DNA of 64,000 nt, taken from NCBI GenBank assembly GCA_017447165.1, contig JAFSOD010000004.1:179267-243266 (forward strand), read 5' to 3'. Source of the stretch: Bacilli bacterium. GTDB lineage: Bacteria; Bacillota_I; Bacilli_A; RFN20; CAG-826. The stretch's first letter is position 1. Each line of letters opens with the position of its first letter. The notes beneath the pieces were generated by a model. The model did no database searches and was not told where the DNA came from. It was given only the letters and a program-made list of their open reading frames with translations. The position numbers and the translations under genes were made by a program. Positions 28,975 to 37,265 of the stretch are shown here, piece after piece.

Positions 28975-29062
28975 TAATGTCATGGTCGTGGTCATCACAA
29001 GTTTGATGCCGACTCGTAGGTAACTACGCAGCTCCATTAACGGGGCTTTTTTATTTTTTTGC
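28975..29062. repeat. structured element copy 2
   Basis: GGTCATCAcaagttTGATGCC, then CGTAGgtaaCTACG, then AGCTCCattaacGGGGCT followed by a T-run. It overlaps the 3' end of ORF 29037-29441. Confidence 0.5.
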
Positions 29063-29441
29063 GTTTTTTATAATAAGAACCGTAAATAGGATTACCTTTT
29101 TGTACTTTAATAATTAAATACATATCTTGGATGCTAAACGACATATCTGGATATTCTTTTTCTCCGTAATCATTTCTATCTCCTATAAAAGGTCTTTTCT
29201 TTATTAGCGATATTTCAACGTTACTATCGGTTGCATGTTTTAATTTGTAATATCCTTTTCTTAAACCTAGACGATCAAATTCTTCTTTGGTCATTGATCC
29301 AGTGATAATTGCATAGAAAGCTTTATCTTCATTATCAATTTTAAAAATTTGTCCAGGATGTCCACCTGGGCTACCATCTAAAACACGATAAAACTTGCCG
29401 ATTTCAAGTGTTATCTTGTGTTTTCTTTTCTTTTTACTCAT
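29037..29441 (-). CDS. small basic protein, family A (long form), cassette 4
   Basis: 134 aa MSKKKRKHKITLEIGKFYRVLDGSPGGHPGQIFKIDNEDKAFYAIITGS..., with a KOW/SH3-like G-x-x-Y-x-V...G...G-x-I pattern. The lysine-rich C-terminus is encoded by the terminator A-tract. Confidence 0.5.
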   Translation of the reverse strand: MSKKKRKHKITLEIGKFYRVLDGSPGGHPGQIFKIDNEDKAFYAIITGSMTKEEFDRLGLRKGYYKLKHATDSNVEISLIKKRPFIGDRNDYGEKEYPDMSFSIQDMYLIIKVQKGNPIYGSYYKKRKKIKKPR

Positions 29442-29478
29442 ATTTTCCTCCTTTCTTGTTATGTTTTTAGTATCTTTA

Positions 29479-29612
29479 GCGATTCACATACCGCAAAAAT
29501 AATCTATCAATTCCCTTCTTATAGTTCTCCACTAACTTATCTGATAGTTCTTTCTGCTCTGGAGACAGTTCATATGAAAGATGAATAGGTGCTTTCTTAG
29601 AATATGAATGTT
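29479..29612 (-). pseudogene. truncated comFA 5' copy (about 45 codons upstream of the Walker-A position only), cassette 4
   Basis: Homology to comFA covers only the segment ...HLEYELSPEQKELSDKLVENYKKGIDS.. and junction, then is lost. Confidence 0.5.
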
Positions 29613-29894
29613 ACTCTATGAAAAACGAAAACATTTCCTTCTTCATCAACGATATTTGCTGGGTGGTTGTTTTTTAAATAAATTCTGAAGTGCCTCCTGA
29701 AAGAACTATTTTTTGTTTTTGTTTCATTTTTTCTCCTTTATGTTATGTATTTATTTCTTGTAGATCAGGGCGGCCTTTATTTTTTTATAGGTTTTCTCCT
29801 TTTATAATTGATAAAAAACTCCCTACATTATATATAGAGTGGCTTTCTTCATTTTTTTGTGAAAAAAAGTTTAATAAATCTTTATAGGTATTAA

Positions 29895-29914
29895 AAAAAG
29901 GCCTATAGGCCTTT
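29895..29914. terminator. rpiB terminator
   Basis: AAAAAGGCCTATAGGCCTTT palindrome. Confidence 0.7.
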
Positions 29915-29935
29915 ATGTATTAAATATTTTTTAGA

Positions 29936-30373
29936 TTATTTTTCTAAGTCGTTAATCATCTCAACACGAGTTAAGTGTCTACCACCTTCAAATTCAGTGT
30001 TAAGGAAGATATCCACTCTTCTAAGAACATCTTCTAAAGCCATAAATTTTTGACCAAAGGAGATAACGTTTGCGTCATTATGTTGTCTCATTAATCTAGC
30101 AACTTCATCGTTATAGGCAATACCGCATCTAACGCCTTTGATTTTATTAGCCGCAATAGAGATACCCTCTCCACTAGTGCAGACAACAACACCAAATTGA
30201 CATTTTTTAGAAGCTACTTTTCTAGCTACTTCAGCGCCATATAAAGGATAATGGCAACTATCTAAAGAATAAGTACCAACATCAATTACTTCATGTCCTA
30301 ATTCTTTTAAATGTTCTGCGATCGCGTTTTTATATTCTAATCCGCCATGATCACTACCAACTGCAATTTTCAT
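29936..30373 (-). CDS. rpiB: ribose-5-phosphate isomerase B
   Basis: 145 aa. MKIAVGSDHGG, CTSGEGISIAANK, and catalytic Cys region typical of RpiB/LacAB. Confidence 0.9.
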   Translation of the reverse strand: MKIAVGSDHGGLEYKNAIAEHLKELGHEVIDVGTYSLDSCHYPLYGAEVARKVASKKCQFGVVVCTSGEGISIAANKIKGVRCGIAYNDEVARLMRQHNDANVISFGQKFMALEDVLRRVDIFLNTEFEGGRHLTRVEMINDLEK

Positions 30374-30384
30374 ATTGATACCTC

Positions 30385-30978
30385 CTATAAGACTTTCTCA
30401 ATATTTTTTAAAGATATAGGTCCCTCTCTAACAATTTTAACTTGTTCTCCAGTAAGGTCAACTATTGTTGAAGGAACTCCACCTAAAGCAAATCCTTCAA
30501 GTATATAACCTAGTTCATCATTAAATATCTCTTTTACTTCATACGAAGTAAGCGCAGGTTTACATCCACTTTTATTTGCGGAAGGAACTAATAAAGGAGA
30601 ACCCACAAATTGAATTAAGTCTTGAACTAGTTTAATATCAGGAACTCTAATTCCAATTACACCTGTATCATGAGTGACATAAGTAGGAACGTTACCTCTA
30701 CTTTTAAGTAAAACAGTAATTGCTCCAGGCATAAAAGCTTTAATAACTTTTAACTCTCTTTCAGACACATATGCATACTCTTGGATATCATCAACTGAAC
30801 CTAACATTAAAGTATAAGGTTTATCTTCTGGACGTCCTTTAATTTCGTTTAAAAGTTTGTAGGCAGTAAAGTCGTTATAATAAACTCCTAAGCCCATAAC
30901 TGTTTCAGTAGGAAAAGCGATGACTTTAGATTCATCAAGAGCCTTTTTAGCGAGTTCAAATTCCTTAGTTGAGTGCAT
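30385..30978 (-). CDS. tsaC: L-threonylcarbamoyladenylate synthase (YrdC/YwlC-type, short form)
   Basis: 197 aa YrdC fold (PTETVMGLG, KGRPEDKP), in the prfA-prmC-tsaC-rpiB arrangement. Confidence 0.8.
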   Translation of the reverse strand: MHSTKEFELAKKALDESKVIAFPTETVMGLGVYYNDFTAYKLLNEIKGRPEDKPYTLMLGSVDDIQEYAYVSERELKVIKAFMPGAITVLLKSRGNVPTYVTHDTGVIGIRVPDIKLVQDLIQFVGSPLLVPSANKSGCKPALTSYEVKEIFNDELGYILEGFALGGVPSTIVDLTGEQVKIVREGPISLKNIEKVL

Positions 30979-31831
30979 CAGTTAATTCCTTGTTATTAAT
31001 AATATATAAGAATCTAGTCTTTCCATACATATCTTTATCAAAACTATATAGCAGACCACTATAATTCTTCTCTAATAAATCAGTTAATTCTTCTTCCATA
31101 TCTTCCCCGATTTCAAAGGCAATTAAAAACTTGTTATCGTTTAATAACTGCCTATCAATAGAGGTTAATATCTCTTTATAGAATTTAATAGCAGGATCTG
31201 CAAATAAAGCAAGATGTGGTTCATACTTTAAAGTCTGTTCTGCCACAGTATCTTTACTTCTAATATATGGAGGGTTTGAGACAATTACAGATATATCAGA
31301 TTCATTAGATATTGGTTTTAACATATCACCTTCTCTAAAATCGATTTCAATATGATGTTCTTTCGCGTTAATTTTAGCAATATCTAGCGCTTTTGACGAA
31401 ATATCAGCGCAAATTACGGTGCTTTCTAGAAAATATTCTTTTAAATAGATTCCTAAAATTCCAGAGCCAGTACCAATATCCACGATCTTAATTTTAGGAT
31501 CTTTTCCAAATAGCTTTACAATCTTTGTCATCGTGGTAACTGCGAGTTGTTCTGTCTCTTGACGAGGGATTAAAACATCAGGGCTAACTATATAATTACT
31601 ATTAACAAAATAAGCATATCCTAAGATATATTGAAGTGGCTCTCCTGAGGTTAATCTATCGAGTTGATAATTAAGCTTATTCTCATCTTTAAGTTGTTCA
31701 TCAAAATGTTTAAGTAAATCAAAAAAATCTACAAATCCACCATTATCAATTAATAGGGATTTAATAGATGTTTGGTTGAGATATTGATTATCTAATTTTT
31801 TAAGTTCAAAAAACTTCTCGCGGTAAGTCAT
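30965..31831 (-). CDS. prmC: release factor glutamine N5-methyltransferase PrmC/HemK
   Basis: SAM motif VDIGTGSGILG and catalytic NPPY (VSNPPYI). Confidence 0.9.
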   Translation of the reverse strand: MTYREKFFELKKLDNQYLNQTSIKSLLIDNGGFVDFFDLLKHFDEQLKDENKLNYQLDRLTSGEPLQYILGYAYFVNSNYIVSPDVLIPRQETEQLAVTTMTKIVKLFGKDPKIKIVDIGTGSGILGIYLKEYFLESTVICADISSKALDIAKINAKEHHIEIDFREGDMLKPISNESDISVIVSNPPYIRSKDTVAEQTLKYEPHLALFADPAIKFYKEILTSIDRQLLNDNKFLIAFEIGEDMEEELTDLLEKNYSGLLYSFDKDMYGKTRFLYIINNKELTDALN

Positions 31832-32907
31832 TAATTCTCACCAGCCAATTTTAAAGATTGATCGTAATGTATCAATGCTTCAACGATCGAATCAAGTTCA
31901 CCCTCCATTACTCTATCGAGTTGTTGGATAGTAAATCCTATTCTATGATCAGTAACACGGTTTTGCGGATAATTATAAGTTCTAATCTTTTCACTTCTTT
32001 CACCAGTACCGATTTTTAATCTTCTTTCGTTACCAATTTCTTCTTGTTGCTTTTCAAGCATAGTGGAATACATCTTCGCTCTTAACATTTGCATAGCGAT
32101 TTCTCTATTTTGAATTTGAGATTTTTCGGTTTGGCAAGCAACTACAATTCCAGTAGGAATATGGGTAATACGGACAGCAGATTCAGTTTTGTTAACGTTT
32201 TGTCCTCCAGCCCCTTGAGAGTGATAAGTATCAACTTGTAAATCATTTGGATTGATTTCGACATCGATTTCTTCAGCTTCAGGCATTACTAAAACAGTTG
32301 CGGTCGAGGTATGGATACGTCCACTAGCCTCAGTTCTAGGAACTCTTTGTACACGATGCGCTCCACTTTCAAATTTAAGTTTGGAGTACACCATTTTACC
32401 TTTAATCATAAAAGATACTTGAGAAAATCCACCAGCCTCAGAAGGATATTCATCTAACATTTGAATCTTCCAGCCTTGAGATTCAGCATATCTTGTATAC
32501 ATTCTAAATAAGTCACCAGCAAAGATATTGGCCTCATCTCCTCCAGCAGCCCCTCTAATTTCCACAATGATGTTTTTATCATCGTTAGGATCTTTAGGGA
32601 TGAGCATGATTTTTAATTCTTCTTCGATTTGTTCGTTTTCTTTGGTGAGTCTTTTAACTTCTTCTTTACCCATTTCTGATAATTCTGGGTCAGAATCATT
32701 TGACATCTCATAAGCACCTTCAAGCTCTTCTAAGTTTTTCTTATATCTATTAAAAGCTTCAACTTGAGGTTCTAAGTTCGCTCTTTCTTTAGAAATATCA
32801 CGAAAATGACGAATGTCTTTCATCGTGTTTTCATCTAATAATTCTTGATCAATTTCTTCTAAACGTTTACTAGCAACGTTTAGTCTTTGAAACATGCTTT
32901 CTTCCAT
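31831..32907 (-). CDS. prfA: peptide chain release factor 1
   Basis: PST-equivalent and GGQ motif ([17 protein letters not shown]). Confidence 0.95.
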   Translation of the reverse strand: MEESMFQRLNVASKRLEEIDQELLDENTMKDIRHFRDISKERANLEPQVEAFNRYKKNLEELEGAYEMSNDSDPELSEMGKEEVKRLTKENEQIEEELKIMLIPKDPNDDKNIIVEIRGAAGGDEANIFAGDLFRMYTRYAESQGWKIQMLDEYPSEAGGFSQVSFMIKGKMVYSKLKFESGAHRVQRVPRTEASGRIHTSTATVLVMPEAEEIDVEINPNDLQVDTYHSQGAGGQNVNKTESAVRITHIPTGIVVACQTEKSQIQNREIAMQMLRAKMYSTMLEKQQEEIGNERRLKIGTGERSEKIRTYNYPQNRVTDHRIGFTIQQLDRVMEGELDSIVEALIHYDQSLKLAGEN

Positions 32908-33029
32908 AATTTTCTTTACCGCGAGTTATTGTAGCACACTATTTGAAAAACACAAAGATACTTAATATTTATATTAATTCTTCAAACTCAAACATTATTA
33001 AGTTATACTAGAAAAAGGTAATTTATCTT

Positions 33030-34742
33030 ATGGCATATAAAGCATTATATAGAACATATCGTCCTCAAACATTTGACGAAGTTGCTGGACAAGAACATAT
33101 TGTTAAAACTTTAAAAAATGCATTAGCAACTGGAAAGATCGCTCATGCATATTTATTTGCTGGTCCTAGAGGAACTGGTAAAACCACAATGGCGAAGCTC
33201 TTCGCTAAAGCTCTTAATTGTGAAGAAGGCATTGGTCATCAATGTAACGAATGTAAAAACTGTGTCTCTATTATTGAAGGCAATCATCCTGATGTATTAG
33301 AACTTGACGCAGCTAGTAATAACGGCGTTGACGAAATTAGAGAGTTAATTGATAAAGTCAAATATGGCACTATCCTTGGTAGATACAAAGTATATATCAT
33401 CGATGAAGTTCATATGTTATCCGCAGGAGCTTTTAACGCTTTACTTAAAACATTAGAAGAACCACCAGAACACGTAATCTTCATTTTAGCGACCACTGAA
33501 CCTCATAAGATTCTTCCAACTATTCTATCTAGATGTCAAAGATATGACTTTACAAAAGTAAGTGAAGTCGATATTAAAGAAAGGCTTAAGGCTATCTTGC
33601 TTAATGAAAACGTTGAGTACGTAGAAGACGCAGTCGAACTTATCGTCTCTTTAGCGGATGGTGGAATGAGAGATGCTTTGAGCATTTTAGAAAAAGTTCT
33701 CGCATATTCTAACAATAGGTTAATCGTAGAAGATGTTTTAAATATCTTTGCTCTTGAATCAAAAGAAGAAAAGATCAAACTTTTAAAATCTATCGTTAGT
33801 CACGATATGAGCGATGTCCTTTCTAGACTTAATAACTACGTTACTAAAGGAACAGATATCAAACGATTAACCGAGGACTTATTATCTATCTTAAAAGATA
33901 TAGTGATTTATAACTCTTCAAATATCGGCAACTATCTTGAATCCTTAAAAGAGGAAGAAGCCTCTGATTTAGCGAAGTATATCTCTAATGAACAAGCTTT
34001 AAAGATGATCGATATCCTTTTAGGTGCGATTAAAGACTATAAGAATGTCACCTCCATCAATCCTTTATTTGAGATTACTTTAATTAAACTCACTTCCTTA
34101 GATGACTCCGCTCCTAAAAAGGTAGTCGTTGAGACTCCAAAACCAGTAGAAAAGGTAGTCGTTAAAGAAGAGCCTAAACCAGTCATTGAGAAACCTGTCG
34201 AAGTTAAGGTTGAAGAACCAAAAATTGAAGAAAAAGTCATTGAAGAAATTATCGAAAACCCTACAGCAGCACGTGTTTTTTCCGATAATATCACCCCAGT
34301 TGATAGTGTTATTTATTTAAAAGATGCAGAGCAAGAAGATAACTTCGCCATTAGTGATGAGCTCATGGTTCAAGTCATGGCAATCTCCAAAAAAGAAATT
34401 AAATCCGAACTTGTTGATGGCTGGAAGAATATTAAGAGAATCTCCACCCATGAAATATATGGTAAAGCAGCGACTTTATTAATTGATGGACGTCCTTTAG
34501 TGGCCTCACCAAAAGTTTTAATCTTAGAATACCCGTTAGCTGAACTTGCCGAGAAGGTGAACGCAAAAGATATCCAATCTGAATTACAAACAGTTATTAA
34601 TCATATTTTCGGTAAACATATGTTTATCTACGCTGTTAGTAGAAATCAATCAATCGACTTACAAGCTTTATATATGAATCTTTTACAAATTGGCAAATTG
34701 CCAAAGGCAAAAGATGTGAATTTAGAATTTATAGGAGAATAA
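33030..34742 (+). CDS. dnaX: DNA polymerase III subunits tau/gamma
   Basis: AAA+ motifs GPRGTGKTT, zinc module CNECKNC, sensor motifs. Confidence 0.95.
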   Translation: MAYKALYRTYRPQTFDEVAGQEHIVKTLKNALATGKIAHAYLFAGPRGTGKTTMAKLFAKALNCEEGIGHQCNECKNCVSIIEGNHPDVLELDAASNNGVDEIRELIDKVKYGTILGRYKVYIIDEVHMLSAGAFNALLKTLEEPPEHVIFILATTEPHKILPTILSRCQRYDFTKVSEVDIKERLKAILLNENVEYVEDAVELIVSLADGGMRDALSILEKVLAYSNNRLIVEDVLNIFALESKEEKIKLLKSIVSHDMSDVLSRLNNYVTKGTDIKRLTEDLLSILKDIVIYNSSNIGNYLESLKEEEASDLAKYISNEQALKMIDILLGAIKDYKNVTSINPLFEITLIKLTSLDDSAPKKVVVETPKPVEKVVVKEEPKPVIEKPVEVKVEEPKIEEKVIEEIIENPTAARVFSDNITPVDSVIYLKDAEQEDNFAISDELMVQVMAISKKEIKSELVDGWKNIKRISTHEIYGKAATLLIDGRPLVASPKVLILEYPLAELAEKVNAKDIQSELQTVINHIFGKHMFIYAVSRNQSIDLQALYMNLLQIGKLPKAKDVNLEFIGE

Positions 34743-34743
34743 T

Positions 34744-35049
34744 ATGAATCCAATGCAACAAATGGTCATGCAAATGCAAAAAGCCCAAAGAGAACTTCAA
34801 AAAGCTCATGCTGAATTAGAGGCCAAAGAATTTAAAGTTAATAAAGCAGGCCTAGTAAATATCACTGTTCTAGGCTCCAAAGAAATCGTTTCTATTGAAA
34901 TTGAAGAAGATGGCTATGAACTTGATAATAAAGAGATGGTTGAAGAATTAATTAGAGACGGCTTAAACGAATTATTCTCTCAAATTGATGAATTAGCCGC
35001 CGAGATAGATGAAAAGATTGCTGGAAAATCTGGAGGATTAGGTTTCTAA
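34744..35049 (+). CDS. ybaB: nucleoid-associated protein YbaB/EbfC
   Basis: 101 aa. Canonical dnaX-ybaB-recR order and the MQQMVMQMQKAQRELQKAHAELEAKEF N-terminus. Confidence 0.9.
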   Translation: MNPMQQMVMQMQKAQRELQKAHAELEAKEFKVNKAGLVNITVLGSKEIVSIEIEEDGYELDNKEMVEELIRDGLNELFSQIDELAAEIDEKIAGKSGGLGF

Positions 35050-35645
35050 TGGAGAATTTAAAATCATTAGAAGCACTTCAAGAACAACTTTCTAAACTTC
35101 CAGGAGTTGGAAAGAAAAGCGCTGAACGTATGGCGTACGCTCTTTTAGATTTCCCAGACGAAGAACTAAAAGATATTGCTAAAGCTATTAGTTCTCTAAA
35201 AGAGAAAATCCACTTCTGTCCAATATGCGGAATGATATCTGATATTGATGGCTGCTATATTTGTGATGATTCAACTAGGGATCAAACTTCCTTAATGATT
35301 GTCTCTTACCCAAAAGACGTGATGTCACTTGAAAAGTCTCGTGCCTATAACGGTTTATATCACGTTCTTAACGGGGAAATCTCTTTATCTAAAGGATTAG
35401 ATGTTTCTAACTTAAACCTTGAATCTTTATTTAGAAGATTAGATGAAGGTAATATCAAAGAAATTATTCTAGCCACTAATCCTACAATAGATGGAGAAAC
35501 CACATCCGGTTATCTAAATAAACTATTAGAAAAATACGAAATAAAAGTTACTCGTCTAGCCTATGGTTTACAAATGGGAGGTAATCTCGACTATGTCGAC
35601 CCTCTCACTTTATCTAAAGCCCTAGAAGGAAGACACAAAATCTAG
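35049..35645 (+). CDS. recR: recombination protein RecR
   Basis: HhH, C4 zinc finger CPICGMISDIDGCYIC, and Toprim domain. Confidence 0.95.
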   Translation: MENLKSLEALQEQLSKLPGVGKKSAERMAYALLDFPDEELKDIAKAISSLKEKIHFCPICGMISDIDGCYICDDSTRDQTSLMIVSYPKDVMSLEKSRAYNGLYHVLNGEISLSKGLDVSNLNLESLFRRLDEGNIKEIILATNPTIDGETTSGYLNKLLEKYEIKVTRLAYGLQMGGNLDYVDPLTLSKALEGRHKI

Positions 35646-35656
35646 GAGGACATTGT

Positions 35657-36277
35657 ATGTTTATCACATTAGAAGGACCTGAAGGTAGCGGAAAAACCAC
35701 CGCTGTTGAAGCTGCTGTTAAAGAACTTGAAGCCAGAGGCTATCAAATCGTTAGAACTAGAGAGCCAGGTGGCACTCCTATTGCCGAACAAATTCGAAAT
35801 GTTATCTTAGATAAAGAAAACACTAAGATGGATCCTAGAACTGAGGCTTTACTTTACGCTGCTAGTAGAAGACAACATTTAGTAGAAAAAGTGTGGCCAG
35901 CTTTAAAAGAAGGAAAAATCGTCATTTGTGATCGTTATTTAGATTCCTCTTTAGCCTATCAAGGTGGAGCTAGAGGTTTAGGCATTGATAACATTTTAAA
36001 TGTTAATATGTTCGCTACTGAAAATACCTTCCCAGATTTAACTTTGTTATTTGATATCACTCCAGAAGAAGGCTTAAAAAGAATTGCCGCTAATGCATCT
36101 AGAGAAGTTAACCGTTTAGATTTAGAAAAACTAGAATTCCACCACAAAGTTAGAAACACTTTCTTGGATTTAGCAAAGCGTTATCCAGAAAGATATGTCA
36201 TTATAGATGCTTCTAAGAGCAGAGAAGAAGTAGCTTTAGCTACTTTAGAAGCAATCTTATCGAGATTATGCAAATAG
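35657..36277 (+). CDS. tmk: thymidylate kinase
   Basis: FITLEGPEGSGKTT, DRYLDSSLAYQG. Confidence 0.95.
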   Translation: MFITLEGPEGSGKTTAVEAAVKELEARGYQIVRTREPGGTPIAEQIRNVILDKENTKMDPRTEALLYAASRRQHLVEKVWPALKEGKIVICDRYLDSSLAYQGGARGLGIDNILNVNMFATENTFPDLTLLFDITPEEGLKRIAANASREVNRLDLEKLEFHHKVRNTFLDLAKRYPERYVIIDASKSREEVALATLEAILSRLCK

Positions 36278-37260
36278 ATAATTATCTAAAGAATAGACAA
36301 CCAATCATTTATCAAACATTTACAAATTCACTTAAGAATAAAAGTCTTTCTCATGCCTATTTATTAGTGGGTAATCCTGGCACTCCTTTATTAGAGACCG
36401 CCACATTCTTAGCAAAATCAATTTTATGCGATGATCCGAGTCCACTTGCGTGCTCTAACTGCATCACCTGTTTAAGAATTGAAAGCGATAACTATCCAGA
36501 TGTGATGATTTTAGATGGTAGTAAGGGCACTATCAAAAAAGAAGATGTCTTAAATATTGAATCTAGATTTGAAAAGACTGCTTTTGAAACAAAGGGCATT
36601 ATGATTTATGTTGTCCATTTAGTGGAGAATATGACTTTAGAGGCCGTTAACTCTATCCTTAAGTTTTTAGAAGAGCCAGAAGGAGAAGTATATGCCTTCT
36701 TAACCACTAACAATTTAAACAATGTGTTACCAACTATCATTTCTAGATGTCAAACTCTAAATCTAAAAAGTATTGATAGACAAACCATTATAGATGAGGC
36801 TATTGACTTATCAATAGAGCAAGAAGACGCTGAGCTATTATCTTATTTTTACAATGACAGTGAACTAATTTTTGATTTCTTGAAGGATAAAGAAGAAAGC
36901 GAAAATTATTTCATTTCTAAAAAAGCGATTAAAGGATTACTTGAAACTTTAGAAAATGGAAGTGATAAAGACGCTACATTCTATGTTCAAAAAGAAATCA
37001 TCCCTTTAATCAAAACAAAAGAAGAAATGAGATTCTTTGTAGACTTGCTAAGTGAAATCTTTGAGGATTTACTTAATCTTAAATGTAATAGAGATATCTA
37101 TTTAAAGAGTTATGCTACAATATTGTCTAGCTTAGTTAATAAGCTTCCACATATTGAACAATCTCTAGCGGAGATTTTAAAACAAAGAAATCTGGTGAAT
37201 ATGAATCTTAATATATCACTACAAATTGATCACATTATCTTATATATCGTAAAGGAATAA
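36268..37260 (+). CDS. holB: DNA polymerase III delta' subunit
   Basis: AAA+-like fold with HAYLLVGNPG, zinc module CSNCITC, and position after tmk. Confidence 0.85.
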   Translation: MQIDNYLKNRQPIIYQTFTNSLKNKSLSHAYLLVGNPGTPLLETATFLAKSILCDDPSPLACSNCITCLRIESDNYPDVMILDGSKGTIKKEDVLNIESRFEKTAFETKGIMIYVVHLVENMTLEAVNSILKFLEEPEGEVYAFLTTNNLNNVLPTIISRCQTLNLKSIDRQTIIDEAIDLSIEQEDAELLSYFYNDSELIFDFLKDKEESENYFISKKAIKGLLETLENGSDKDATFYVQKEIIPLIKTKEEMRFFVDLLSEIFEDLLNLKCNRDIYLKSYATILSSLVNKLPHIEQSLAEILKQRNLVNMNLNISLQIDHIILYIVKE

Positions 37261-37265
37261 ACATT

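Noticed and set aside
26939-29441. Calling the family-A small ORFs MazF/PemK toxins
   Set aside because: There is only a loose G-x-x-Y-x-V...G...I pattern resemblance. The RP(V/A)L(V/I) core of MazF is not present (HPG instead). Left as unknown.
26776-29770. CRISPR array interpretation of the repeated units
   Set aside because: The repeats are about 270 bp, protein-coding comFA segments. The 'spacers' are 200-400-bp ORFs with SD sequences. There are no short 25-40-bp direct repeats and no cas genes.
26776-29770. IS element, transposon or prophage as the source of the duplications
   Set aside because: No transposase, integrase, recombinase or phage structural ORF occurs within or adjacent to the array. 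There are no terminal inverted repeats. The units are only about 600-800 bp.
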